Assembly (NCBI RefSeq): GCF_001194135.2
Contig: NC_068982.1
Span: 77,390,946-77,432,734, forward strand
DNA length: 41,789 nucleotides
Origin: Octopus bimaculoides
Lineage: Eukaryota
Direction of reading: 5' to 3'
In this document: positions 11,990 through 23,900 of the stretch, one piece after another
How positions within the stretch are numbered: the stretch's first letter is position 1
Layout of the letters: each line of letters starts with the position of its first letter
Position numbers and translations under genes: made by a program
Notes under the pieces: model-generated
Databases searched by the model: none
Told to the model about the DNA's origin: nothing
Seen by the model: the letters and a program-made list of their open reading frames with translations, nothing else

Positions 11990-13070
11990 GTTAGAACTCA
12001 AAACAGAATACCACAACAAATATCGCAAGACATTTTACTCGACGCTCTAACGATTCTGCCAAATATTTATTTCTAATTTAGGTACAAAACCAATAATTTT
12101 TGAGAGGAGAAGTCGATTATTACGACCCCAGAACTTGACTGATACTTGATTTTATCGGTACCGAAACGACATAGTGCATAGTTGATTGCAGCGGGATTTG
12201 AACTCAGAGCATAAAGTGTCAGAACAAATACCGCAAATGATTTTGTCCCATGCTCTGGTTATTCTGCCAAATGATGATTTTATATGTCGGCACAAGGCCA
12301 GCAATTTTTGTGGGAGTGTAATAGTCATTTACATTGGCCCTAGTTCCTGATTGGTACTTTATTATATTGACCTCAAACGGATGCAAAAGCAAAGTTGAGC
12401 CAGAAAAAATGCCGCTAAGCATTTTGTCTGACGCACTAACGATTCTGCCGAATCACCGCCTTGACTCTGCCAAATAATCCTTTCTACTAAAGACACAAGG
12501 CCTGAAATTTTGGGGGAAGGGACTAGTCGATTAAATCGACCCCAGTGTTCCACTGGTACTTAATTTATCCACCCCGAAAGGATGAAAGGCAAAGTCGACC
12601 TCGGCGGAATTTGAACTCAGAATGTAACGGCAGACAAAATACCGCTACNNNNNNNNNNNNNNNNNNNNNNNNNNNNNNNNNNNNNNNNNNNNNNNNNNNN
12701 NNNNNNNNNNNNNNNNNNNNNNNNNNNNNNNNNNNNNNNNNNNNNNNNNNNNNNNNNNNNNNNNNNNNNNNNNNNNNNNNNNNNNNNNNNNNNNNNNNNN
12801 NNNNNNNNNNNTTTGTAAATTCTCACCACTAAGGATTTTTATTTCTTTATTGCCCACAAGGGGCTAAACATAGAGGGGACAGACAAAGGGATTAAGTCGA
12901 TTATATCGACCCCAGTGTGTAACTGGTACTTAATTTATCCACCCCGAAAGGATGAAAGGCAAAGTCGACCTCGGCGGAATTTGAACTCAGAATGTAACGG
13001 CAGACAAAATACCGCTACGCATTTCACTCGGCGCGCTAATGATTCTGCCAGCTCGCCACCTTAGACTCTG
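11990..13070 (-). repeat. Head-to-tail cluster of at least 5 same-orientation SINE copies
   Basis: Repeated order GTCGAT..GACCCCAG..GGTACT..GAACTCAG..GATTCTGCC at ~12050, 12260, 12445 and 13045; includes the gap 12649-12811. Confidence 0.75.
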
Positions 13071-13075
13071 CCAAA

Positions 13076-13370
13076 TACGTGGCACTCCGTCGGTTACGAC
13101 GACAAGGGTTCCAGTTGATCCGATCAATGGAACAGCTTGCTCGTGAAAGTAACGTGTAAGTGGCTGAGTACTTCACAGACATGTCGGGGAGATTCAGCGT
13201 GACACAGTGTCTGACAAAGCTGGCCCTTTGAAATACAGGTCCAGCAGAAACAGGAAGAAAGAGCGAGAGAAAGTTGTTGTGAAAAAAGTACAGTAGGGTT
13301 CGCCACCACCTCCTGCCGGAGCCTCGTGAAGATTTAGGAGTTTTCGCTCAATAAACACTCACAACGCTTG
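13076..13370 (+). mobile_element. Second abundant Octopus SINE-like repeat
   Basis: GTTGATCCGATCAATGGAACAGC.TGCTCGTGAAA..GTGGCTGAG..GATTCAGCGTGACACAG..GCTGGCCCTTTGAAATACAGG recognised from memory as a common cephalopod repeat. Confidence 0.55.
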
Positions 13371-14339
13371 GTATGGAAATTTAAACTGCGATCCTATCAC
13401 CGCGAGACCGCTGCCCAAACCATTGGGCCATTGCGCCCCTCCCCGCAACTCTGCCAAATAATAAGATAACGTTATGGTTGATCTATTATAACAAATAAAC
13501 GAGAGAGTGGGGAGAAAGAGAGAGAGAGAGAGAGAAATGTGAGAGAGGGAGAAAAAGGGTAGAGAGAGATGGTGACCATAGAAACATTATCGCTGTTGTG
13601 AAAAGGTTAGAATCAATGCCAGTAAATTATCTAATGCGTATTATATCACCAACGATTCAGATATTTATTGTCCTATAAGGAGAATTTTTTCTCTCGAGAC
13701 ACCTTGTACAGCGTTCATATTATCTTTACATTTTTGCATGTCCGAATGCTACTCGACCATATTAAATAAAACCGTAATCGTCTTCCTCCTCCTCTAAAGT
13801 TGCTGGTTTTGTATCAAAGTTTGAAACTGTTGTTAGAGTACAAAAGCTCAGAACAAACACCGCTTAAAATTTCCTGTATCTGGATTGGTACTCTCTTATT
13901 GATAAAAAAAGGACAAAAAAAAAAAAGCAAAAAAAAAAAAGAAAGTTGGTGGGATTTTAACGCAATTGGTGGAGCATCGGATCAAAAGCTACAAAGCTCT
14001 AACGATTCTGTCAGTTTTCCACTGGGACGTAACTAATCATCATCAACAACCCCTGGGCATTAAAGTCTCGAGTCCTAAGACTCATAGGATCGGCTACCTG
14101 TTTTGCAAAGCGTATAAGTGTCCGAGATCACAACGCTAGTCTGCCCCAGGGTCAATTAATTAGCAGCTGAGTGAACTGGAGCAACGTAAAATAAAATATT
14201 TTGCTCAAGAACACAACCCCACCCAGTCTTCCGATCGTGAGTGCAACATCTTAACCACAAGTACACACGTTTGACTAAAATTAAATACATAAATATTCAA
14301 ACAAAGAAAAACTGGTAGAAGAAAGAAGGAAGCTGCAAC

Positions 14340-15300
14340 AAAACTGAAATCAGATTGGTGAGAGGCCAAAGCTGAAGAGGTACAGTACTATGCAGATAAA
14401 AACGATATGAAAGCATTTTACTCAGAACTTCGAGAAGAGGCACAACAAAACTGATAGCTCTTGACGGGCAAAACGGTACTCCGGGAAAAATCAGAGATCC
14501 TAGATAGATTTACCAATCATTTTAACAGGTTACTTAATATCTCAGGCTTTATGGACTTTACCGCCTTCGAGAAGGTTACACAACAGCTAACCATCCAATC
14601 CTTAGATGACAAACTATTTACAAGGAATTCAATGATGCAATGATGCAAAGAAGGTAAAGGCACCTGGCAAATGTAACATACCCGCTGCAGTCGGGAAGCA
14701 TGGAGGTGTGAAGCTTATTAAAAGCCTGTATAACATTGTGCTCCAGATCTGGGGGACGGAAACAAGCAACACCATCTCATATAATGCACGACTGGACCAG
14801 AAAATCACACAAAATGAGCAGGCTGCAGGGGAGGCTGTGGAAAAATAGGCATGTTTCTACACGTGTCAAATGTAAGGTATACCAGGCTATAATGATTTCT
14901 TCCCTGCTGCAATGTGCTGAAACCTGAACGGTCTGTAAAGCTCAAGTAGACAAGATACATGCATATATGAGAAAGATACGACGAATTATGAATATCGCTC
15001 TCTTTGACAAGATCAAGAATAAAGAGACCTTACGGCGTGTTGGTCTACCTCCTATGATGGAAATCCTCATTGATAAAAATTTACGTTGGTTGGATCATAT
15101 ACACATGATGAACAACAAATCCTTTACTTCCAACTATGCAAGAGGAAAAGAAACTATAGAAAACCTAGACTGAGATTCAAAGATACTACAAAAAGGAATG
15201 TGAGGTGGAAAGGAATTGATCATAATAAATAGCAAACCCAAGTGAAAAACAGACGAATTTGGAGAAACTTTAAATCATGCCAAAGCCATGAACAGTCATA
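14340..15300 (+). mobile_element. Decayed, internally deleted RTE/BovB-type LINE
   Basis: WWEAKAEEVQYYAD, ILDRFTNHFNRLLN, RLWKNRHVSTRVKCKVYQA...LL, LRWLDHIHMM; multiple frameshifts. Confidence 0.75.
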
Positions 15301-15344
15301 GTCGTGACGGCTGACGGCAGACAAAGATGATACGTAGTCCTCCC

Positions 15345-15785
15345 GGTGGAGATGGAGTATATGTAATCTGGGTATACCCCCACTTTTAAATTTTGTTTTT
15401 TTACGGAATCCTATGTTTCAGACCATGGAGAATCCGATTCTGGAAAAAATTTTTCAAAAACCTCAATTTCAAAATTTCGATCTCCCCCCCCCCCGGTTTT
15501 TATATAGATCCACAGGGTAAACCTAACCCTAACTCAAACCCTAACCCTAACCCTGACCGTAACCCTAACCCTAACCCTAACACTAGTTTTGTGAGATTTG
15601 GCTGTTATTTCTAGCATGTAAATAGCCTGCTTGGTGGTGGTGGTGGTGGGCGGTGTAATTGAAATTTTTCAAAAATTTTTTTTTCAGAATCGGAATCTCC
15701 ATAGCCTAAAACGTGGGATTCCGTAAAAAAATTAATAAATAAGGGGGGGGGGAAAGGTTCAGATTACATATAGTCCATCTCTACC
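15345..15785. mobile_element. 441-bp MITE with ~120-bp TIRs, 8-bp TSD and internal (CCCTAA)n
   Basis: TIR GGTGGAGATGGAGTATATGTAATCTG / CAGATTACATATAGTCCATCTCTACC. Perfect TSD GTCCTCCC at 15337-15344 and 15786-15793. Telomere-type hexamers at ~15520-15582. Confidence 0.88.
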
Positions 15786-16108
15786 GTCCTCCCTGCTTAT
15801 TTCCCTTAGAGACTTAATTTCTTCTTTCTTTTCTTTTCTTTTTGTCACTTCCAATCCATTTAGTGTTTCTGATAAACATTTCATCCTTCAAATCCTTTCC
15901 TTCTTCCGGCAAATAAGTTTATCTCACTCAATGACCTATTTATCGATCTATATCGACCTTTTGCTTCACTGGATTCTTTATTGTTTACAACAAAAAACAT
16001 CCGACAAAGTTTTTCTCCCACGCAGAACTTAATCGACAACCTTTGTATTTCTTACATCGGAAGTAAGTGAAAAATTTATTTATCTTATTATTTATTATCT
16101 ATTTAGAA

Positions 16109-16579
16109 CAGGAGTGGGGAAACTTTTTAGTGCGGCGGGTAAAAATTTCCAAAGAAAAAGGTTCTTGGGTGGATCACAAGTTCTAACTGTGTAAATCTTG
16201 CATATATCTATGTATAATTCGAAATACATTAAGAAAGATAAGTTTAACACATTAAGTTAACGCACAACATCATTAACGCCGACTCTGAATTTAGGATGCT
16301 TATATTACGAGGTATTCTTTATTTTTCAGCTAGAGTGTAGTTGGGTCTGAAGCGGGTGGTACAAACCTAGCAATATGTGTTTTATAGTGAAAACAAAATG
16401 TCGATACACTTGGTAATTACCAGATGATTTTCTGTTCGAGTCTAACCGTTTTAAATCGTAGTAGAAACGTGACCTATGTCGCAAATAGACATACGAATAT
16501 TGTATAAATTTTATAATTGAAAAATTTACTATATTTTATACATACGAATATACTAGCCTGCGGGGGTTCCCCCACCACT
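16109..16579. mobile_element. hAT (Charlie/Buster-like) MITE
   Basis: CAGGAGTGGGGAAAC...GTTCCCCACCACTG; 8-bp TSD ATTTAGAA / ATTTAGAG. Confidence 0.75.
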
Positions 16580-17329
16580 GATTTAGAGTGAGGATTGGGT
16601 TCAGAAAAAGCTTTTGGAAAACTGAAAGTTAAACGTGGTATTTTTGGCGATCTTTCGTTTGTATGCCGTATTTTTTCCTTTAAAGTTTAGTGCGGGAATG
16701 GGGAACCTTTTTGAGTTAATATAAAGATCTTCACCAGTTAACAAAAACACAAAAACCCCAGCCTGCTGGGTATTAACAACTTTGTAGAAAACAAATATGT
16801 ATCTCTCTCTCTCTCTCTGTGCCGTTTAAAGGTATATATATATACAAATTCATTAAAAGATATCCATTTTCCTTAAAGCTATGAGGGAAAAAATCGAATG
16901 TTGTGAATTTTCCGAAGTCCTCTCCCCACCCCTTTGGAAAAGATTTTACACACCAATTTCATTATAATCGTAAATGTATGCCATTTGAAAGGTATTTATA
17001 TAAAATTTCATCCCCAAAAAACCCATTTTCCTAAAAGTTATGAGGGAAAAACTCTGATCTTGTGAATTTTCCGAAGTCCTACTCACCCATTGCTTTCCGC
17101 GCATTGTTGTTTTCATATTTGTTTTCTACACTTTTTTTACACTTGTTGCACTATTTTTTTTATTTTGTTTCCTGGTAATAATGTCAACATTAACCAATCT
17201 TATCAAAAAGACAGCTTATGAACATCAAGAATATAACATATTCAAATATTTAATTTAGGCAAGTAGGTACATTTTATACAAATTAATGACTTCTTTGAAT
17301 TTGCTTTTTTTTTTTTGAGAAAGCATTTT

Positions 17330-18510
17330 GATATCAGGCTCTAACATAGTGGTTCTTAGTTTCAATTGGTTCTCCGAGTGCTCATCTTGTCAATTGCGTT
17401 CTCAGCGAATTTTTGATTTGCGTCAAGTACGAGAATATGGATTCACAACAGTATGTTGAAGAAAAGAGGATTTTCTTCCGCATTTTCCCAAATTTCGAGA
17501 TTTGTCAAACAGAGATTTCAGTATATTATCTTCAGACATTTCAATAAACTTCATTTGTAACTTTTCAGGAACCTCTGATACATCAACTAAGTGTGGCCGA
17601 AAAGCAAGTTTCAGAGTGATGTTAGGTTTTTCAAAATCATTGAATCTTTTATTATATTCTTCTATTAATGAATCTAAAACTTACTCCTATTCTTCAAAAG
17701 ATTCATAGATATCTTCTTCATTTTCACTCATTACCTTTGTAAGCTGAGGAAAGTGTTCTGATGACAGTTTTGATTGAGCCAAAAGGAACTTGATAAACAA
17801 CAATTTTTTTCTAAAATCCCAAATTTTTTTTACCACACATCATAAATACATTTATTTTTGCCTTGCAACAAAATGTTTAACTCATTTTGTTTTGACATCA
17901 CATCACATAAAAATGTAACATCTCTGTAAAAATTTGGATCTGATAAATCACAATGTTTGTTGTTTTCTTTGGAAAAATCTATTATTTGCCTTCATAAAGA
18001 CAAAATTTTGACCAATACTTTCCCTTGCGACAACCAGCATACTTTTGAGTAATAAGGCAAATCCACATTAATTACTTTGTCATCCATCATCAGCATGTTT
18101 CAAAATTGACAATGCTTCAGGGTATTTGCTCGAATATAATTTACAATACTTATAACCTTCCACAGAGTGTCATTTAATATGACAGATTTTTCACAGAGAT
18201 TTTGCTGATATAAAATACGGTGCAATAAATCCTTCATATTCAGCCTTTATATCTGGAGCACCACTTACCAAATTAGTAAAATTTAGTCCTACTTTATGAC
18301 ATTGCTCTTTGAAGTTGTTAAAAATAACTGTCCCTCGTGTCCTTCCTTTAAGGGTGCTTAAAGCAAATAATTCTTCATATAATTGAAAATTATCAGCTAT
18401 AGCACGAATAAGATACAATACTTGTGCTGAATCTGTGGACTCTGTCAATTCATCCAAAGCTACTGAGCAATATACATTTTCTTTTTGGATTATATTTTTC
18501 AAATGCTCTA
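17330..18510 (-). mobile_element. Decayed hAT Charlie/SPIN-type (GTF2IRD2/EPM2AIP1-like) transposase
   Basis: SVALDELTESTDSAQVLYLIRAI...EELFALSTLKGRTRG matches the ALDESTD..DxAQL..FIR..EEL...KGxTxG motif; broken downstream. 3' extent approximate. Confidence 0.75.
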
Positions 18511-18519
18511 ATACATTAC

Positions 18520-19060
18520 AGGCCAGTTGTCGGATTCGGTTTGATTTCAGATTTCAAATTTCAAATTCCCTTGCCTCAACAGGTCTTCGCAAGCAGGGTT
18601 TTTAGGGCTTTAAAGATACGAATTAGTGAGCTGGCTACACTTCTGGCAGAGGTCACAGATTATGCTCTCACTTGCCTTGCCAGGTCTTTTCACGTACTGC
18701 ATATTTCCAAAGGTCCCAGTCACTGGTCATTGCCTCGGTGAGGCCTAAAGTTCAAAGTTTGTGCTTCACCACCTCATCCCAGGTCTTCCTGGGTCTACCT
18801 CTTCCACAGGTTCCCTCAACTGCTAGGGTGTGGCACTTTTTCACACAGCTATCCTCATCCATTCTTGCCACATGTCCATACCAGCACAATCGTCTCTCTT
18901 GCACACCACAACTGATGCTTCTTAGGTCTAACTTTTCTCTCAAGGTACTTACACTCTGTTGAGTATGCACACTGACATAACACATCCATCGGAGCATACT
19001 GGCTTCGTTTCTTGCAAGCTTACGCATGTCCTCAGCAGTCATGGCCCATGTTTCACCGCT
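18520..19060 (-). mobile_element. RTE LINE 3' fragment
   Basis: RNEASMLRWMC...ERRLCWYGHVARMDEDSCVKKC...EGTCGRGRPRKTWDEVV. Confidence 0.85.
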
Positions 19061-19624
19061 TCACTCCTTTTCTCTACAGTTAAAAAAGTGAAGGTGTGTG
19101 ACCCAGTGGTTAGGGGTATTTGGCCCACGATCTCTCTCACTCTCTCTATTTCTCTCGTACTTCATCTCTAAAACATTTAAAAACACAAAACGAATGCTGT
19201 CACCGCTCACTGTCTCTTTCACTCTCTCTCTTTCTCTTTCACTCTCTCTCTCTCTTTCTCTCTCTTCCTCTCTCACTCTCTTCCTCTCTTACTTCCTCTC
19301 AGTCCTCCTCGCTCTCGCTTTGCCACTCACTTCTTTAAAGTAATTGTGACACATATGACTGGTATGTACAAAAAGAACAAATTAGCATATTAATATTATT
19401 GATTGACCTTAAAGCTTTTCCCATATTGAAGTTCAATAAGCTGAAATAGATTTTTTTATAGCTCACAGCAACTTGATTTGCTTTGAAGGCAAATAGAAAT
19501 CTAGATTGAAGAAGTGGAACACGTAAAATCCAGGCTACATAGGTATTCTAGCTAACTAGCTAAGAAACATGTGTAGCCTGGATTTTACTGTTCCACCCCT
19601 TCAGTTTGGATATATATGTGTGTG

Positions 19625-19790
19625 TGACGAGCTTCCACACAGTTTCCATCTACCAAATTCACTCACAAGACAACGATCAGCATGGGGCTTCAGTAGAAGA
19701 CTCTTGCCCAAGATGTTAGTCAGTGCAACTGAACTTGGGACCATGTGGTTGGCAGGCAAGCCTCTTAATGACACAGTCATGATTGTCCTA
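19625..19790 (-). mobile_element. SINE fragment, same family as 36201-36560
   Basis: Reverse complement of the GGTTCAGT..GCACCTTGGGCAAG..CTTCTAC..GATTTGGTAGATGGAAAC pattern. Confidence 0.6.
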
Positions 19791-20172
19791 GTGTGTGTGT
19801 GTGTGTGTCTTAAAAGTACAGATTTGGTGTAACATTTTAATGTTTGACTACTCCTTTCAGTTTTCTATCTCAATTCCCTGTACTTTTCCGTTATTGGGCG
19901 TTTTTTTTTTCTACTGCAAGTCTTATTTGTTAACACTCATCTGTATTGTTTATTCTCTGTCCCACATTGCTTTCCTTTGTTCTCAACAACCTTACTAAAA
20001 ACCACCTGCCTCAACTCCTACCTCCTTACTTGTGCAAGGCAGGAATTCAACTGACCTTGTTTTCTTTTTCATTCCTTTCACCTTGTTTTATATTACTTGG
20101 TTTGTAGTCCTTGGTTTGTATTACTAACTTCAGTAATACAATACTCTTCACCACACACACACACACACACAC

Positions 20173-20403
20173 GGCGGTGAGCTGGCAGAACTGTTAGCAC
20201 ACCTGGTGAAATGCTTAGCGGTATTTCGTCTGCCCGTTACGTTCTGAGTTTAAATTCCGCCGAGGTCGACTTTGCCTTTCATCCTTTCGGGGTCGATTAA
20301 ATAAGTACCAGTTACGCACTGGGGTCGATATAATCGACTTAATCCGTTTGTCTGTCCTTGTTTGTCCCCTCTGTGTGTAGCCCCTTGCGGGTAGTAAAGA
20401 AAT
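20173..20403 (+). mobile_element. Full-length Octopus tRNA-derived SINE
   Basis: GGCGGTGAGCTGGCAGAA (box A-like)...GTTTAAATTCCGCC (box B-like)...CCCCTTGCGGGTAGTAAAGAAAT; flanked on both sides by (CA)n. Confidence 0.85.
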
Positions 20404-20594
20404 AACACACACACACACACACACACGATATAGCTCCTACATTTCATCATCAGTTACCTATATAGAAGGTGTAGACTGTACTTGTTTGCATGATGACTGT
20501 CTCAGGAAAAAATAAAACTGTTTTTATTTTTTGAGATATGTTTGTCAAATTCGGATCAGTTTCAGTTCTATATTTAAGAGATGAGGAATTATAT

Positions 20595-20708
20595 ACATTA
20601 TTTACATTATTTACATTTGACGGATATTTGTCCGTCAATTGTAACATAAGTGTTAACAACAAACAAAATGAGGACAAATAGCCGTCAATTGCAAATAATG
20701 TAAATAAT
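20595..20708. repeat. Short inverted repeat (hairpin, ~37-bp arms)
   Basis: ATTATTTACATTATTTACATTTGACGGATATTTGTCC ... GGACAAATAGCCGTCAATTGCAAATAATGTAAATAAT. Confidence 0.75.
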
Positions 20709-20741
20709 TGGGTCAGTTTGTCATGATATGTTCTGTTGATT

Positions 20742-21782
20742 TCACTTGATGAACCCACCTTTGGCCTTAATGACAGCCTCCAGGCAACCTCAGAACCATC
20801 TACAGGCCTTCATCACTATCTCCTGTTTAAGATCTCTGAAGGCCCTGGTAGTCCTGAGCCTCAGCTCATCCTTTGTGTTGCAGCTGGATTTGTTGATCTC
20901 TCATTCCACCGTACCTCACACAAAGAAGTTAAGAAGGCTGCAGTCAAGCAAGTTCAAGGCCAAATGTCAGGTGCTGTGTGATCGAAGAAATTCTCTGACA
21001 GGTCTGGGTTTTTCCTGCTGGTGAGACAGGTGCAGAGTCTTGATGCCACATGTATGGCCTTCCTGCAGCTACCCGGTTGATCTAGGGCTTCACCTCCTTG
21101 CTCAGAATAAGGATGTAATTGTCAGTGTTTAGCATAAGACTCTCAGGGAAGAAGTGGGGTGGCATGATATAACCTTCACTGCTGACGACACTGAAGACCA
21201 TGATTGTCACTGGAAATTTTGTCTGCATGACTCTGGGAACATCCTTGGGTGAGACAGTGAGCCATCTGTTGTTCTGGGAGTTGATCTTCTGGTCTTGACA
21301 GAAATTCATCTTGTCGAGGAGAACTGTAGCATGTCTGGCTCCAAAATGTGTTTCAACTTGTTAATCAGCTTTTTGGTATGCTTGAGTTGCTTTTCCTGCA
21401 TTGCCTTGGACAGAAATTGTCCCTTCCACATTTTGTATGAAAAGTAATGAATACCTTCATGCACCACCAACTTGATGAGCTTTTTATCCACAGCTTTCTC
21501 CCATACAATGGCATGCATCGACTTGCTGGGATCATTGTTGATTTGGATTTTAGTGACAAATTCTGGTATTCTGATGGCATTAAATCATGGGTTTTCTTCT
21601 CTGCTGTTACCTTGTAGTCAAATCTAGAAATCTTCCAGATCCTTTCTGACCTTTTCCACCATCCTTCTGCTGATGTTGAGGAAGTCTGAAATCTCCTTGT
21701 TTGTCCTTCCAGTACAGATTCTAAGGAGAACTCCATGCCTCTTCCATAAATTGGGTAGGAGTGAGGTGTCAGAATTTTCCAT
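20742..21782 (-). mobile_element. Tc1/mariner (maT/DD37D-like) transposase pseudogene, nearly full length
   Basis: MENSDT...HGVLLRICTG (HTH region), NFCQDQKINSQNNRWL...KFPVTIMVFSVVSSEG, WHQDSAP, ending EAVIKAKGGFIK-stop at 20742-20744; frameshifts and stops throughout. Confidence 0.85.
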
Positions 21783-21850
21783 TATCATTATTCTGCCAAA
21801 GAATAAAGCAAAAATGGTTATTGTGTTTAAGAAGAAAAAGACTGACACTC

Positions 21851-22110
21851 ATCATCATCATCATCATCATCATTTAACGTCTGTTATCCATGCTGGAATG
21901 GGTTGGACTGTTTGATTTGGCATGGTTTCCACGGCTGGATACCCTTCCTATCGCCAACCATTCTGTAAGTGTAATGGGTGCTTTTACATGTCACTGGCAT
22001 GGGTGCCAGTTACATGATACCAGTATCTGCCACAAGTTGGTTTGATGGGTCTTCTACTCAAGCATGGCATGTTGACAAAGGCCTCAGTCATTTGTCATTG
22101 CCTCTGTGAG
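21851..22110 (-). mobile_element. RTE-type 3' tail with (GAT)n end
   Basis: (CAT)n TTAACGTC..TCCATGCT..GGGTTGGAC; same family at 41451-41789. Confidence 0.65.
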
Positions 22111-23838
22111 ACCCAATGAGAGTGAAAAAAGTATGTGTAAAAATTAGCAGTTGAAAATTGCAAATGAATACCGTCTACACCCTGTGTGTGTATGTGTGAG
22201 TGTGAATTGTGTGTGTGTATGTGTGCATGTGTATTTGTGTGTGTATGTGTGTGTGCACATATGCACACACCTTTGGTGTTGACTCTGTGTGTATATGTAC
22301 GTGTTCGGATATGTAACATAAGACTGATATCTTTTAGGTCTATATATTTTTTGTGTATTTATTGATTTTATTTCTTAAAAAATGTTTCAAGACAAGAATC
22401 AGAAACAGTCAGATATGTACTTTATAAAATCATAGTTTGCATCAAAAAACATACAAACTCCAGCGATGTCGTATTCATTCTCCTCCACCCAGTTTCCACA
22501 AGACTTGCTTCTGGGTTCTCTCTCTCGGCCGTCAAACTATGATTTTCAAAAAAGTTTTTTTCTTGCCCTAATATTCATAAGGTTGGTTACCTGATTTCTA
22601 TGGTATAGAAGTGACTGAGATCACAACATTCCCCTGAACACATCTGTTGCAGGGTTCAAAGCCAGTAATTTGGTGGGGGGGCAAGTCGATTATGTAAAAC
22701 CCCAATATTTTATTTCATTGATCCCCAAAGAAATGGGAAGCAAAGTTGATCTTGATGGAGTTTGAACACAAAGAGCCAGAAGAAGTAGAGATAGCTTTAT
22801 AACACTCTCATTCTCAGAGGGCATGTATACCCTTTGTCCCCCTCTTCCCATCTCTTTCTCTATCTTGTATTCATGCTTTCTCACTATCTGTCATGTCCTT
22901 TTCCTTGTTTTCTCTCCTCATTTATTGCTAGCTACTTAACTCCATCTCTCACATCTTTCTAAAATAGTCATTGATGTCAGGGTAACATTCTCTCTGTATA
23001 TTCAAGGTATATTCTCTCCCCACCCTCTTTCTCTTTCTACTTCTCTCCATTTTCACTACCCCACATAGCTATAATATCTAACAGGAAAATAGATAGATGT
23101 ATTCTTCTAACAACCACTAAAAAAGATAGTTAAGAGAAAATTTAGAACACTGAGGAGAAAGAAAGAAAGGTATGTAAATACAATGCATCAAACAACCACA
23201 AAAAGAATTAGTTATGAAGACAAGTTAAAGTATTGTGGAGATATGGAAATGAGCAGTGTAACAGTAGAGAACCAGAGACAGCCCTGTAAAAAGCAATTGT
23301 GTGAAAATGTATGCAGATGCACAATTACACCAATACATGTACACATACAATAATCCATATATATCCAAGTATGCACTTCAAAAATTCCAATTAAGCCTTG
23401 TTCTCTGAACCAGAACAAAGGTCAACCCCAAATATTTAACCTACAAAATTTCCAATTAAGTCTCAAGATGCTGCTTTACAATTAGAAGAGAGTAAGAGCA
23501 TCCCTACCCATACATACAAACACACACCTTAATAACTTTGTAATGCAATCCTTACATCTTTAGAATTAGTATTCAAAAACTTTCATTATCCTACCCATCC
23601 AGATACATCTAAAGTCTACCTGTCCTTATAAAAAATTACAAACACTTTATTAACTCCACAGTCATGAACAGCTTATCCTTGAGCAAAACTCTGGAGTAGA
23701 CTATCACCTTTTAATATACTGCACACATATATGCACACTCATATGTTTCTTGACTGTCATTATGTAAATATCCTGACAAACCTAAAGTTCCTCACATGAC
23801 TCTCACCACATTTCTCTTTCCCTCAATGTCTCGTGTGT

Positions 23839-23900
<62 letters not shown>

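Noticed and set aside
12530-13018. About 95 identical nt on both sides of the gap, sharing a rare TATCCACCCC variant
   Set aside because: Most simply a contig-end overlap or assembly artefact; cannot be called a real duplication without reads.
11990-13070. Repeat-spacer-like periodicity suggesting a CRISPR array
   Set aside because: Eukaryotic SINE copies of variable length; no constant repeat/spacer size and no cas genes.
20173-20260. tRNA-like A and B boxes
   Set aside because: SINE head; no full cloverleaf, and it continues into the SINE body.
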